NCBI GenBank assembly: GCA_021769965.1
Contig: JAETRU010000012.1
Coordinates: forward strand, 1,215 to 65,214
DNA: 64,000 nt
Source of the DNA: Eubacterium sp.
Lineage (GTDB): Bacteria; Bacillota; Clostridia; Peptostreptococcales; Anaerovoracaceae
Direction of reading: 5' to 3'
Under the pieces are notes generated by a model. The model did not search any database and had not been told where the DNA came from. It saw nothing but the letters and a program-made list of their open reading frames with translations. The position numbers were made by a program, and so were the translations under genes. The stretch's first letter is position 1, and the number at the start of each line of letters is the position of its first letter. Below are positions 46,423 to 56,776 of the stretch, piece by piece.

Positions 46423-46449
46423 TTAGCACTCTTTTGAGGTGAGTGCTAA
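46423..46449 (+). promoter_or_regulatory. CIRCE element (HrcA operator)
   Basis: Perfect TTAGCACTC-N9-GAGTGCTAA. Confidence 0.95.
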
Positions 46450-46532
46450 AAAAGTACTTTACTTTTTGTTTCTGCGGGTATAGAATAATACCAGAGTTTG
46501 AAACTATTCGTATATATATTGGGGGTGACATT

Positions 46533-49124
46533 ATGAATATAGAGAAATTTACACAAAACGCGCAGTCTGCTATCATGGACTGTCAGAACATCGCGATCTC
46601 GGAAGGTCATCAGATGCTGGATGGAGAACATCTGCATCTGGCGCTGCTGATGCAGAAGGACGGTCTGATCGGAAAGCTTCTGAAATACATGGAAGTGGAG
46701 CCATCTTATCTGATCGCTGATCTGCAGGCAGAGATCGAAAAGCTGCCGAAGGTTTCAGGGGACGCAGGCAATATCTACGCCTCCAGACGGCTGAATCAGA
46801 TCCTGATGAACGCGGAAAAACAGGCAGAGCAGTTTAAAGACGAGTATGTCAGTGTGGAACACCTGTATCTGGCGCTTCTGTCCGAGAGAGGAACTCCATC
46901 CGCAAAGATCTTCGCGAAGTACCATATCACGAAGGACAAGTTTCTGGAAGCCCTGGCAAAGGTCAGAGGCAATCAGAGAGTGACCAGTCAGAATCCGGAG
47001 GAAAACTACGACGCGCTCAACAAATACGGCCGTGATCTGGTTGAGATGGCCAGAGAAGGCAAGCTGGATCCTGTTATCGGAAGAGACAGCGAGATCAGAC
47101 ATACGATCCAGATCCTGTCCAGGAGAACCAAAAACAATCCGGTCCTCATCGGCGAACCGGGCGTCGGCAAGACGGCGGTCGTCGAAGGTCTGGCGCAGCG
47201 TATCTTAAACGGAGATGTGCCGGAAGGGCTGAAGGATAAGACCATCTTTGCTCTGGATATGGGAGCGCTGATCGCGGGCGCTAAGTTCCGCGGCGAGTTT
47301 GAGGAACGTCTGAAAGCCGTACTCAGCGAGGTGGAAAAATCTGAGGGCAGAATCATTTTGTTCATCGATGAGATCCACAATATCGTCGGAGCAGGACGGA
47401 CAGAAGGATCCATGGATGCCGGAAACCTGCTGAAGCCGAAACTGGCAAGAGGAGAACTGCACTGCATCGGCGCGACCACGCTGGACGAGTACAGAAAATA
47501 TATTGAAAAGGACGCCGCGCTGGAACGTCGTTTCCAGAAAGTGCTGGTCGATCAGCCAAGCGTCGAGGATACGATCTCTATCCTTCGCGGCCTGAAAGAG
47601 CGGTTCGAGATCCATCACGGCGTGAGAATCACAGACAACGCTTTGATCGCCTGCGCGACTTTGTCAGACCGGTATATCAGCGACAGATTCCTGCCGGATA
47701 AGGCCATTGATCTGATGGACGAGGCGGCATCCAAGATCAGAACAGAGATCGACAGTCTGCCGACAGAACTGGATGAGATCTCGCGTAAGATCATGCAGCT
47801 GGAGATCGAGAAACAGGCACTTTCCAAAGAGAGTGACCGCGGCTCTGCGGCGCGGCTGGAAACGCTGGAAAAAGAGCTTTCCCAGCTGAAGGAAGAGAAC
47901 GCGGCCATGCGCGCGCAGTGGGAAAATGAGAAGAAAGCCATCACCGAGCTGAAGGGAACAAAGGAGCAGATCGAGGAAGTCCGCCGTCAGATGGAAGACG
48001 CGGAGAGAAACTATGATCTGGAAAAGCTGGCGCAGCTGAAGTACGGCACGCTGCCGGAACTGGAAAAGAAGCTGGACGCAGAGAAAATCAAGGCAGAAGC
48101 GGCCGAGGAAAACCGTCTGCTGAAGGAAGAGGTAGGCGAAGAGGAGATCGCAGAAGTTGTATCCGGCTGGACCGGTATCCCGGTAGCAAAGCTGGTGGAA
48201 TCAGAGAAGGAGAAGCTGCTGAAGCTGCCGGAGATCCTGCACCAGAGAGTGGTCGGCCAGGAGGAAGGCGTGCTGGCTGTTTCCGAGGCGATCCTGCGCG
48301 CGAGAGCCGGTCTGAAAGACGAGAACCGGCCGATCGGATCCTTCATTTTCCTGGGGCCTACCGGCGTAGGAAAGACCGAGCTGGCAAAGGCTTTGTCCGA
48401 ATCCCTCTTTGATACAGAGAAAAACATGATCCGTATCGACATGTCGGAGTACATGGAGAAGCATTCTGTGTCCAGACTGGTAGGAGCGCCTCCAGGATAC
48501 GTAGGCTACGATGAGGGTGGACAGCTGACTGAGGCGGTGCGCAGACGGCCGTACAGCGTGATACTTTTCGATGAGATCGAGAAAGCGCATCCGGATGTAT
48601 TCAACATCCTGCTGCAGCTGCTGGATGACGGACGGCTGACCGACAATCAGGGAAGAACTGTGGACTTTAAGAATACCGTGGTCATCATGACTTCCAATAT
48701 CGGCAGCAGCCAGCTGATCGACAATATCAAAGCTGACGGCACCATCGACGCTGCTACCAAGGAAGCGGTGGAAAACCAGCTGAAAAACTATTTCCGTCCG
48801 GAATTCCTCAACCGTATCGACGATATCGTGGTGTTCAGTCCGCTGACCGAAGCGCAGATCATGCAGATCATCCAGCTTTCCTTAAAGGGTCTGGAACATC
48901 GGCTTGCCGAACGGGATATCAGACTGGAGCTGACCGAGAAAGGCAGAAAATTCATCGCGAGAGAAGCCTACGATCCGAATTACGGCGCGCGTCCTGTCAA
49001 ACGGTTCCTGCAGAAGAACGTAGAGACGGCGCTGGCGTCAAAGCTGATCAAAGGGGAAATCGTCGACGGAGATACTGTCGTCATAGATTCCGATGGAGAC
49101 AAGCTGACCTTTACAGCAAAATAG
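46533..49124 (+). CDS. clpB: ATP-dependent disaggregase ClpB
   Basis: Two AAA+ modules ([16 protein letters not shown]), long coiled-coil middle domain; 863 aa. Confidence 0.96.
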   Translation: MNIEKFTQNAQSAIMDCQNIAISEGHQMLDGEHLHLALLMQKDGLIGKLLKYMEVEPSYLIADLQAEIEKLPKVSGDAGNIYASRRLNQILMNAEKQAEQFKDEYVSVEHLYLALLSERGTPSAKIFAKYHITKDKFLEALAKVRGNQRVTSQNPEENYDALNKYGRDLVEMAREGKLDPVIGRDSEIRHTIQILSRRTKNNPVLIGEPGVGKTAVVEGLAQRILNGDVPEGLKDKTIFALDMGALIAGAKFRGEFEERLKAVLSEVEKSEGRIILFIDEIHNIVGAGRTEGSMDAGNLLKPKLARGELHCIGATTLDEYRKYIEKDAALERRFQKVLVDQPSVEDTISILRGLKERFEIHHGVRITDNALIACATLSDRYISDRFLPDKAIDLMDEAASKIRTEIDSLPTELDEISRKIMQLEIEKQALSKESDRGSAARLETLEKELSQLKEENAAMRAQWENEKKAITELKGTKEQIEEVRRQMEDAERNYDLEKLAQLKYGTLPELEKKLDAEKIKAEAAEENRLLKEEVGEEEIAEVVSGWTGIPVAKLVESEKEKLLKLPEILHQRVVGQEEGVLAVSEAILRARAGLKDENRPIGSFIFLGPTGVGKTELAKALSESLFDTEKNMIRIDMSEYMEKHSVSRLVGAPPGYVGYDEGGQLTEAVRRRPYSVILFDEIEKAHPDVFNILLQLLDDGRLTDNQGRTVDFKNTVVIMTSNIGSSQLIDNIKADGTIDAATKEAVENQLKNYFRPEFLNRIDDIVVFSPLTEAQIMQIIQLSLKGLEHRLAERDIRLELTEKGRKFIAREAYDPNYGARPVKRFLQKNVETALASKLIKGEIVDGDTVVIDSDGDKLTFTAK

Positions 49125-49256
49125 AGATAGATATATGGGGAGAATCGTCATTGCGGCGGTTCTCTTTTTTATTTTACCGATATTTTACACGATCATGATT
49201 TCAGTGTTAACACAGGCAGACTAGAATATTATATTGAATTAGAGAGGAGATGAAAC

Positions 49257-50192
49257 ATGTATTTTGTAATAGATATCGGTTCCAATACCATCCGGGCTGT
49301 GGTCTTCAGAGTCGAAGAGGGCCATCTGATCCCGGTCCTGAACAAAAAGTATTCTGCCGGACTGGTCAACTACGTCGGACTTGACGGCGCTTTGAACAGA
49401 GAAGGCATAGAAGTGTGCGTAGACGCGTTGTCGGAGCTTAGGATCATTCTGGACGCGTTTCCCTTTGACGGCGTGTATCCTTTTGCTACAGCGTCCCTTA
49501 GAAACATCACAAACACCGCGGAGGTGGTCGGTGAGATACACAGGCGGTGCGGTCTTTGCGTGCGGGTTCTGTCGGGAAGAGAGGAGGCCTTCTTCGACTA
49601 TTACGGCTCAGTGAGTCAGAGCGGAGAGACAGAGGGCATTTTGATCGATATTGGAGGCGGCAGTACAGAACTGGTGCTCTATAGAGACGGAAAGCCTCAG
49701 CTCATTGAATCTCTGCATATGGGATCGCTGAATATGTATAACCGCTTCGTGAACGGCGTGCTGCCGGCAAAAGAGGAGCTGAAGGCGATCCAGTGTGCGG
49801 CGAAGAAGCAGCTGGCGGACATATCGGCGTTAAACCGGCGTCAGGATGTGGAAGCCGGTCTTGGCCGCCTGAAGCAGATCAAAGCCGTTGGAGGAAGCGC
49901 CAGAGCGATCCTGAAGCTGTATCAGGGCATGTACAGCCAAGAGAAGAACTGCATATCATATCCTCAGAAATATCTGAAGACGCTGCTTTCGATGAAATGG
50001 GAAGAAAAGAAGATAGCGGGCTGCATTCTCAAATACGCGCCGGAACGGATCCACACACTGCTTCCGGGCGCGGCTATTCTGTACGCGGCGGCAAAGTTTT
50101 ACGACGCTGATGTGATCACCACCGGTTCTCACGGTGTAAGAGAGGGGTATCTGCAATATATACTGGATCAGGAGGGATGCGCCTATGTATAG
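49257..50192 (+). CDS. ppx: Ppx/GppA family exopolyphosphatase
   Basis: IDIGSNT, SGREEA, DIGGGSTEL, GVREG. Confidence 0.88.
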   Translation: MYFVIDIGSNTIRAVVFRVEEGHLIPVLNKKYSAGLVNYVGLDGALNREGIEVCVDALSELRIILDAFPFDGVYPFATASLRNITNTAEVVGEIHRRCGLCVRVLSGREEAFFDYYGSVSQSGETEGILIDIGGGSTELVLYRDGKPQLIESLHMGSLNMYNRFVNGVLPAKEELKAIQCAAKKQLADISALNRRQDVEAGLGRLKQIKAVGGSARAILKLYQGMYSQEKNCISYPQKYLKTLLSMKWEEKKIAGCILKYAPERIHTLLPGAAILYAAAKFYDADVITTGSHGVREGYLQYILDQEGCAYV

Positions 50193-52308
50193 GGATTACA
50201 CGCAGAACAGAGAGCTGTCATGGCTGAAATTTAACGAAAGAGTTCTGATGGAGGCTGTGGATGAGACAGTGCCGCTGCTGGAACGACTCAGGTTCATCGC
50301 CATTTTTACCAGCAATCTGGATGAGTTTTTTATGATCCGGGTAGGAAGCCTGTCGGAACTGATGCGGCTGAAGGAGAGCAGCGTAGATAATAAGTCAGGC
50401 ATGAGTCCGGAGGAACAGCTGAAGGCTATCTACAAGGAGGTCAGAAGGCTCTATGAGAAGAGAGAGAAGATTTATCAGGATCTGAAGCGTGAGCTTCGGA
50501 TCCATGGGATCTGCAATCTGTCTTATCGGGAAACAGACAGCGCGGACCGGAAATTTCTAAAGAAGTATTTTTTCGAATATGTTCAGCCTATCCTGTCTCC
50601 GCAGATCGTCGACGAGCATCATCCTTTTCCGCATCTGCAGAACAAGACGGTGCATATCGGTGTCAGACTGAGTGTCAAAGGCAGGGACGTCTTCGCGTTT
50701 ATTCCGCTGCCCGCAGTGCTGCCGCCGGTTCTGTATCTGGACGAGGATGAAGCCAGATATATCCGGATGGAGGAAGTCGTCAGCGCGTACGCGGAGGACA
50801 TCTTCGCCAGCTATGAGGTAAAGGAAAAGATCTGTTTCTGCGTTACCAGGAACGCGGATATCAACGCGGAGGATGAGGAGTTCGATTTTGGCTATGATTT
50901 TCGAAAGAAGATGAAGAAAGTCCTGAAAGAGCGCAGGCGGCTTGCTGCTGTCCGGTTGGAGCTGTCGGGCGAGATCAGCAAAGGGTTTCAGGCGTATCTG
51001 TCCGATAAGCTTAACGTTTCACAGGAGCAGATCTACGTCACCAGTCTGCAGTTTAAGATGAGCTATGTATTTTCTGTGGGCGCGCATCTTTCGCCTGAGA
51101 AGGTCTGCGCGCTGTCCTATCCTGATTACGTTCCACAGGCAAATCCTTTGATCGATCTTTCCCGGAGCATTATCAGCCAGGTGGAAAAGAAAGACCTGGT
51201 TCTGTCACTGCCGTATGAATCGCTGCAGCCGTTTGTTCTGCTTTTGAAAGAGGCATCAGAGGATCCAGCCGTGATCTCCGTAAAAATTACGATTTATCGG
51301 CTGGCAAGCAATGCCAAGGTGGTGGACTATTTGTGCAATGCGGCGGAAAACGGCAAGGATGTGACGGTCATCATCGAGCTTCGGGCCAGATTTGATGAGC
51401 AGAACAACATCGACTGGCCGGAGCGTCTTGAAGAGGCCGGATGCAATGTGATCTACGGTCTGGAAGGGTACAAGGTACATTCAAAGATCTGCCTGATCAC
51501 CAGACGGGAGAAGAACGGCATCCGCTATATCACTCAGATCGGTACGGGTAATTACAATGAGAAGACCGCCTGCCAGTATACGGATCTGTCTCTGATCACG
51601 GCAGACCCGGGCATCGGCATGGACGCCGTTCGGTTCTTCCACAACATAGCTATCGGCGACCTTGCCGGAAGCTATGAGCATCTGCTGGCAGCGCCGAACT
51701 CTCTGAAGAACCATATTATCGCCTGCATCGATGAAGAGATAGTAAAGGGAAACGAAGGCCGTATCCTGCTGAAGCTGAACTCCATTACGGATCTGGACAT
51801 CATTGAAAGGCTGAAGCAGGCTTCCTGCGCCGGTGTGCAGATACAGATGATCGTAAGGGGTATCTGCTGTATTCTGCCCGGGGTGGCGGGGAAGACGGAG
51901 AATATCTGTGTGAAAAGCATCGTTGGGCGCTTTCTGGAACACGCAAGGGTCTATTGCTTCGGCAGCGGAGATTCGGAAAAGATGTTTATTTCCTCAGCGG
52001 ACTTTATGACCAGAAACACAGAGAGGCGGGTTGAAGTGGCCTGTCCGGTCTTTGACAGGGAGGCAAAGGAAAAGATCCACCGCATACTGGATGCCTGTCT
52101 GGCGGATAACACAAAGAGCAGGATACTGGGAAGTGACTCATGCTACCGCATGGTGCCTGTGAGTGAAGACGGAAAGAGGGTGGACTGCCAGCAGAAGCTG
52201 ATGCAGGACGCTGTCAGAGCCGCTGCGGAGCGTAAACAAAAAACAGGGGAAAGAAGGCCTGTGATTAGACGCTTTCTCTCTGCCCTGTTTGCACGCGATG
52301 CTATTTAA
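50185..52308 (+). CDS. ppk1: polyphosphate kinase 1
   Basis: NRELSWLKFNERVL, SNLDEFFMIRV, ELRARFDE, KVHSK, GRFLEHAR. Confidence 0.95.
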   Translation: MYRDYTQNRELSWLKFNERVLMEAVDETVPLLERLRFIAIFTSNLDEFFMIRVGSLSELMRLKESSVDNKSGMSPEEQLKAIYKEVRRLYEKREKIYQDLKRELRIHGICNLSYRETDSADRKFLKKYFFEYVQPILSPQIVDEHHPFPHLQNKTVHIGVRLSVKGRDVFAFIPLPAVLPPVLYLDEDEARYIRMEEVVSAYAEDIFASYEVKEKICFCVTRNADINAEDEEFDFGYDFRKKMKKVLKERRRLAAVRLELSGEISKGFQAYLSDKLNVSQEQIYVTSLQFKMSYVFSVGAHLSPEKVCALSYPDYVPQANPLIDLSRSIISQVEKKDLVLSLPYESLQPFVLLLKEASEDPAVISVKITIYRLASNAKVVDYLCNAAENGKDVTVIIELRARFDEQNNIDWPERLEEAGCNVIYGLEGYKVHSKICLITRREKNGIRYITQIGTGNYNEKTACQYTDLSLITADPGIGMDAVRFFHNIAIGDLAGSYEHLLAAPNSLKNHIIACIDEEIVKGNEGRILLKLNSITDLDIIERLKQASCAGVQIQMIVRGICCILPGVAGKTENICVKSIVGRFLEHARVYCFGSGDSEKMFISSADFMTRNTERRVEVACPVFDREAKEKIHRILDACLADNTKSRILGSDSCYRMVPVSEDGKRVDCQQKLMQDAVRAAAERKQKTGERRPVIRRFLSALFARDAI

Positions 52309-52963
52309 ACTTTCTGTCCAGCGCGTTTTCCATATGCCGGGCCATGGCCAGCGCGCCGCCTTCGACGTCTTCCGCGATAAACGCGTTGTAGATGGCGCGG
52401 TGCTCTTCCAGAACAACAGATAAGTAATCCGGAACGTAAAAGTTTGACGGATTGCAGTATTTCAGATAGTTTTGATAGCTTAACAGCTGCTGCTGCAGCA
52501 TCCGGTTGTGGGTGGCGGCGTATATGATCTGATGAAAGGCGGCATTGATGCTCTGCATTTTGTTGATGTCGTTTTTCATCGTGTAGAATTCCATGAACTC
52601 AAATGTTTCATCCATCTCATCCCGTTCTTCATCTGTAATACGCTCAATGGCCCATCTGACCGCCTGGATCTCGCAAGAGGTGCGAAGAAGCTGCATATCC
52701 TGAATATCCTGCGCAGACAGTCCGAGGACAAAAGCGCCCCTGTTAGGAATCTTTTCAATCAGGCCGTCTATTTCCAGCTGGTGCAGAGCTTCTCTGACCG
52801 GGATCCGGCTGACCTTGTATTCGTTGCATATCTTCTGCTCTGTCAGCTTTTCTCCGGGCTGCAGTTTTCCCGTCAGGATGTCCTCCTGCAGTTCCGCGTA
52901 CAGATTGGTGGACAAAGGCTGATTTCCGGTTTTTCCGTCCTCTAAATATTGTATAATAGACAT
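52301..52963 (-). CDS. GntR family regulator (FCD type)
   Basis: wHTH LQPGEKLTE...VSRIPVREAL, FCD C-terminus. Confidence 0.92.
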   Translation of the reverse strand: MSIIQYLEDGKTGNQPLSTNLYAELQEDILTGKLQPGEKLTEQKICNEYKVSRIPVREALHQLEIDGLIEKIPNRGAFVLGLSAQDIQDMQLLRTSCEIQAVRWAIERITDEERDEMDETFEFMEFYTMKNDINKMQSINAAFHQIIYAATHNRMLQQQLLSYQNYLKYCNPSNFYVPDYLSVVLEEHRAIYNAFIAEDVEGGALAMARHMENALDRKFK

Positions 52964-52991
52964 GATCTTCCTCCTGCTCTGAACCTATACA

Positions 52992-53020
52992 ATTATATGG
53001 GCATGTTTTTCTTTTGTCAA
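52992..53020 (-). promoter_or_regulatory. sigmaA promoter of the gntR gene
   Basis: Minus TTGACA-17-TATAAT. Confidence 0.75.
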
Positions 53021-53031
53021 GAGATGGGTGG

Positions 53032-53060
53032 TTGTCAAAAAAGATTTTTTTTTGTATAAT
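53032..53060 (+). promoter_or_regulatory. sigmaA promoter of nth
   Basis: TTGTCA-17-TATAAT, 7 bp before the ATG. Confidence 0.7.
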
Positions 53061-53067
53061 TCTAAGT

Positions 53068-53691
53068 ATGAAGAAAGAAACAGTAAACAAAATTTTAGAT
53101 GTGCTGGAGGATACTTATCCGGAGGCGGAATGCGCCCTCCATCACCAGAACGTATTTCAGCTTATCGTGGCGGTGGCTTTGTCAGCTCAGACCACGGATA
53201 AGAGTGTCAATCAGGTAACGCCCGCTCTGTTTGAGGCATATCCAGACGCTTTCGCGCTTGCAGAAGCCGACCCGGAGGAGGTCAGTCAATACATAAAAAG
53301 GATCGGCATGTATAAGACCAAGTCGAAGAATATCGTGGGTATGGCGAAGGTCCTTGCGAAACAGTATGACGGACAGGTGCCTGATGATTACGACAAGCTG
53401 GTCGCATTGCCGGGTGTCGGCCGGAAGACGGCTAACGTAGTCCTGTCGGTAGGGTTTAACCATCAGAGGATCGCTGTGGACACCCATGTGTTCAGAGTTG
53501 CCAACCGGATCGGTCTGGTCTGTGAGAAAGACGTACTGAAGACGGAACTGGCTTTGATGGAATGTATTCCGGAGGACCGATGGTCCCGGACCCATCACTC
53601 TTTGATCTTTCATGGAAGAAACTGCTGCGCGGCGAGAAAGCCGGACTGCGCGCATTGTACGATCGCGGATCTGTGCGAGAAGCATCTTTGA
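53068..53691 (+). CDS. nth: endonuclease III
   Basis: LSAQTTD, HhH LPGVGRKTA, VDTHV, 4Fe-4S C-x6-C-x2-C-x5-C. Confidence 0.96.
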   Translation: MKKETVNKILDVLEDTYPEAECALHHQNVFQLIVAVALSAQTTDKSVNQVTPALFEAYPDAFALAEADPEEVSQYIKRIGMYKTKSKNIVGMAKVLAKQYDGQVPDDYDKLVALPGVGRKTANVVLSVGFNHQRIAVDTHVFRVANRIGLVCEKDVLKTELALMECIPEDRWSRTHHSLIFHGRNCCAARKPDCAHCTIADLCEKHL

Positions 53692-53703
53692 CAGGAGGAA
53701 ATG

Positions 53704-54834
53704 ATGAAAAAGAAATTTGTACCTCTTTTGATAACGGTATTGATGATTTTCTGCGCTGTGCCTTTTGAAGCTGCAGCGTGGAGCGCGACCTTTGATCAGT
53801 CGCCGCTTACCGGAAGCGACTGCACGTCCAATAAGACGGCAGCGGCAACCATTGACTACGTGCTCAACAAGTATAAGCAGGATGCGGTCTATCCCGGAAG
53901 CGGGGAGTGCTGGGGTTATGCGGAAAAAGTCAGCACTCTGCTGGCGTCTTCCCGCGATACCAGATACTATACCGGACTGAAATTCAACGCCGCTAATTTT
54001 AAGAAAAAATGCCTGGGCGCCAAGGCCGGGACGCACATCCGGCTTGGCAACGACAAGAAATTCAACGGGTGGAGCGGTCATTCCGTGGTGCTTCTGAAGG
54101 TCACGGAGAATCAGATGATCTGGGCGGACAACAACTTTGGCCGCGACAACCGAGTATGTTATTACTCCGGCACTCTGGACGATTTTCTCTGGACCTACGG
54201 ATACACGTATCTGCAGATGGTATCAGAGCCGGTCAGTTACAGGACTTACAAGGAGCCTCAGGTTTCTTCCGGTCTGGACAGTCAAAAGAGCGGCGTCCGG
54301 CTGACCTGGGTGAAGACGGCTGGCGCGGCCCGTTATGACATATACCGCAGCTATGCCAAAACCGGCACATACAAGCGGATCGCGAAGGTGACGGGAACCA
54401 GCTATACTGACGTTTCGGCTGTTTTGGGAAAGACTGCGTATTACAAGGTCAAAGCGGTGAAAAGCAGCGGCAGCAAGTACAGCAATATAACCAGCCGCAT
54501 GGCAAAACTCTGCGCGCCGCAGGCCGTGTGGAGCAATGAAGAGGGAACAGGCCGCATCGTACTCAGCTGGAACAAAGTGCCGAAGGCTGACAGGTATGCT
54601 GTCTATCGGTATGATTTTTCCTTAAGCAAGTACAGGCTGATCAAAAAAACTACAGAATGCACGTTTACTGATATAACAGCCGATGGCAGCGGAGGCGAAT
54701 ACTATTTCTACAAGATCCGCGCGGTCTGCGATGCGGATTCCAAAGGAAATTCCGCGTTTGCCTTTGTAGATTACTGCTATTATGATCCTCCGTATGATCC
54801 CGGATACGACGATACAGATGAAGAAGAATGGTAG
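53704..54834 (+). CDS. secreted protein: papain/CHAP-like Cys-His domain plus two FN3-like repeats
   Basis: Signal peptide; ECWGYA and GHSVVLL; FN3-like (RLTW...YDIYRS, VLSWNKV...YAVYR); acidic tail. Confidence 0.7.
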   Translation: MKKKFVPLLITVLMIFCAVPFEAAAWSATFDQSPLTGSDCTSNKTAAATIDYVLNKYKQDAVYPGSGECWGYAEKVSTLLASSRDTRYYTGLKFNAANFKKKCLGAKAGTHIRLGNDKKFNGWSGHSVVLLKVTENQMIWADNNFGRDNRVCYYSGTLDDFLWTYGYTYLQMVSEPVSYRTYKEPQVSSGLDSQKSGVRLTWVKTAGAARYDIYRSYAKTGTYKRIAKVTGTSYTDVSAVLGKTAYYKVKAVKSSGSKYSNITSRMAKLCAPQAVWSNEEGTGRIVLSWNKVPKADRYAVYRYDFSLSKYRLIKKTTECTFTDITADGSGGEYYFYKIRAVCDADSKGNSAFAFVDYCYYDPPYDPGYDDTDEEEW

Positions 54835-54847
54835 GACGAGGTGAGCA

Positions 54848-55351
54848 ATGGAGCTGTATAACAAAGTCATAGATAAACTGAAAGAACTTGGCATCGAATT
54901 TGAAATCGTTGAACACGAGCCGGCGCTGACCACAGAGCAGGCGGACGCTTTCATTGAAGGTATCGAGGGCGTTCGTACGAAAACGATGTTTTTGACGAAT
55001 AAGAAGAAGACCCTGTACTATCTTCTCATTATGGATGATCAGAAGAGACTGGACATGAAACAGTTTGGCGAACTAGTGCAGGCGAAAGGCATCAAAATGG
55101 CGTCGGCAGACAGCTTATACGAAAAGATGCTGCTGCCGCCGGGCGTAGTGTCGCCCTTCGGACTTCTGAACAACCCGGAAAGAGATATTCAGGTGTTTAT
55201 TGACCGTGAGATCATCACAGAAAAGCGTATGAGTTTTCATCCTAATACCAATGAAAAGACCATTTTTCTGGATACGTCAGATTTGCTTAGATTTATGGAA
55301 TCCTTAGGCTATGGAGTGAATGTTATTGAATTTAACATTGACAATCGGTAG
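54848..55351 (+). CDS. YbaK/ProX-family (PrdX-like) aminoacyl-tRNA editing protein
   Basis: EHEP..T.E, KTMFL, PGVVSPFGL, FHPNTN. Confidence 0.88.
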   Translation: MELYNKVIDKLKELGIEFEIVEHEPALTTEQADAFIEGIEGVRTKTMFLTNKKKTLYYLLIMDDQKRLDMKQFGELVQAKGIKMASADSLYEKMLLPPGVVSPFGLLNNPERDIQVFIDREIITEKRMSFHPNTNEKTIFLDTSDLLRFMESLGYGVNVIEFNIDNR

Positions 55352-55430
55352 AATTTTCGGTAAAATTTAATAGTAACTATGAGGGTAATGGGCCTGGAGA
55401 TGAACATTTTGTTCAATCTGAGGAGGACCC

Positions 55431-56246
55431 ATGAAGAGAAAAATACTGACTGCTTTTTTTGCAGTGATCTTGTCGGCAGCAGCGCTTCCGCTGTTTACAG
55501 CAGAGGCTGCAGCCTACAGCGAAGGTGCTACGTATCGCGGCGCCGACTGTACGGAAAATGAAACCGCGGCGGCTACCATCGATTATCTGATGGGCCGTTA
55601 TCCCCACGGAAAGGCTTTTGACAGCGCCGGAACCTGCTGGGGCTACGCGGTGAAGATCAACGAACATCTGTCAGACGACAATAAGACCAGTTATTATAAC
55701 GGGCTTCGCTTTACCAAAGCGAATTTTAAGAAAAAGTGTCTGAACGCCAAGGCGGGGACACACATCCGGTTTTCCCGCGGCAGCTCTTTCAACAGAGGCT
55801 ATGGCCACTCTGTCATATTGTTGAGCGTCGATGAAAACAAAGTGTACTGGGCGGACAATAACTACTACGCGTACAATACAGTCTGCTATTACCAGGGCAC
55901 GATGAACGATTTCTATAATTGCTATGGCCAGTACGGGTATATCAATATGGTATCAAAACCGACCGGATACAAGAGCTATGTGACGCCGAGAGTATCCGCA
56001 AAGGCGTTGAAGGCGGCGGGGAGTATCCGTCTGACATGGCTGAAATCCACATCGGCGGACAGCTACCAGATCTACCGCAGCTATGCAAAGGACGGCGATT
56101 ATAAGCTGATCGGCGAAGTTCAGGCAGACACCTTCCGTTATACCGATGATACAGTCAAAGAGAACAAAAAGGCATGGTATAAGGTGAAAGCCATCAGGGA
56201 AAGCGGAAATAAGTGCAGCGCGGCTGTAAGCTGCACCGCCAACTGA
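55431..56246 (+). CDS. secreted paralog of 53704-54834 with one FN3-like repeat
   Basis: Signal peptide; TCWGYA, GHSVILL, WADNN; shared ANFKKKCL.AKAGTHIR. Confidence 0.75.
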   Translation: MKRKILTAFFAVILSAAALPLFTAEAAAYSEGATYRGADCTENETAAATIDYLMGRYPHGKAFDSAGTCWGYAVKINEHLSDDNKTSYYNGLRFTKANFKKKCLNAKAGTHIRFSRGSSFNRGYGHSVILLSVDENKVYWADNNYYAYNTVCYYQGTMNDFYNCYGQYGYINMVSKPTGYKSYVTPRVSAKALKAAGSIRLTWLKSTSADSYQIYRSYAKDGDYKLIGEVQADTFRYTDDTVKENKKAWYKVKAIRESGNKCSAAVSCTAN

Positions 56247-56387
56247 ATAAAGATCCATACTGCGCAGTGTTTTCAGCGCCGGGTGCGGCGGTGAAGTGAA
56301 ACTGCGCAGTTTGTATGTGGAGAAAAATCTCGTTTTGGTGCATAGCTTTATAAATCAGCACGGTAAACGCGCGAAAACGAAGTAGTG

Positions 56388-56647
56388 TGACAAATGTCCG
56401 TGATTTCTTTATTTTTGTCAACATTTCATTCAATTTGTTCTCGAAGACGCCTGTAAATCAATCAGTTCAGTGACAAAAGTGACAAAAAATCAAAAAAGTG
56501 TCACTCCTGTCAACATTTCAGAATATTAACGTTGACAAAAGTGACAGATTATCGAATTTCTGTCACTTTTGTCAATGCTTAAGGGTATTTTAATCCACCG
56601 TTCAGAACATTTGTTGACTAAAATACGCAAAATAATGAAATTTGTCA
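56388..56647. repeat. array of six TGACA-N23-TGTCA inverted units
   Basis: Starts 56388/56416, 56471/56499, 56480/56508, 56533/56561, 56542/56570, 56615/56643 (last left box TGACT); perfect 17-bp IR 56532-56548 / 56559-56575. Confidence 0.8.
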
Positions 56648-56776
56648 CCGCTGATAGAATAAAAGAATTTTCCTATGCTTACCACGATAAATCAGCAGTA
56701 ACCCTTGATTTCGGAACTGAAATATGTGATACTAAACCTATATAATTATCTTTACCCGAAAGTACGGAGGTGCGAA

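Noticed and set aside
52301-52308. 8-bp convergent overlap of ppk1 and gntR
   Set aside because: Short convergent stop overlaps are common; no further signal
56388-56647. TGACA array as a Tn7/CAST transposon end
   Set aside because: Superficial resemblance to TnsB boxes, but no TGT...ACA terminus, no partner end and no tns or cas genes in the window
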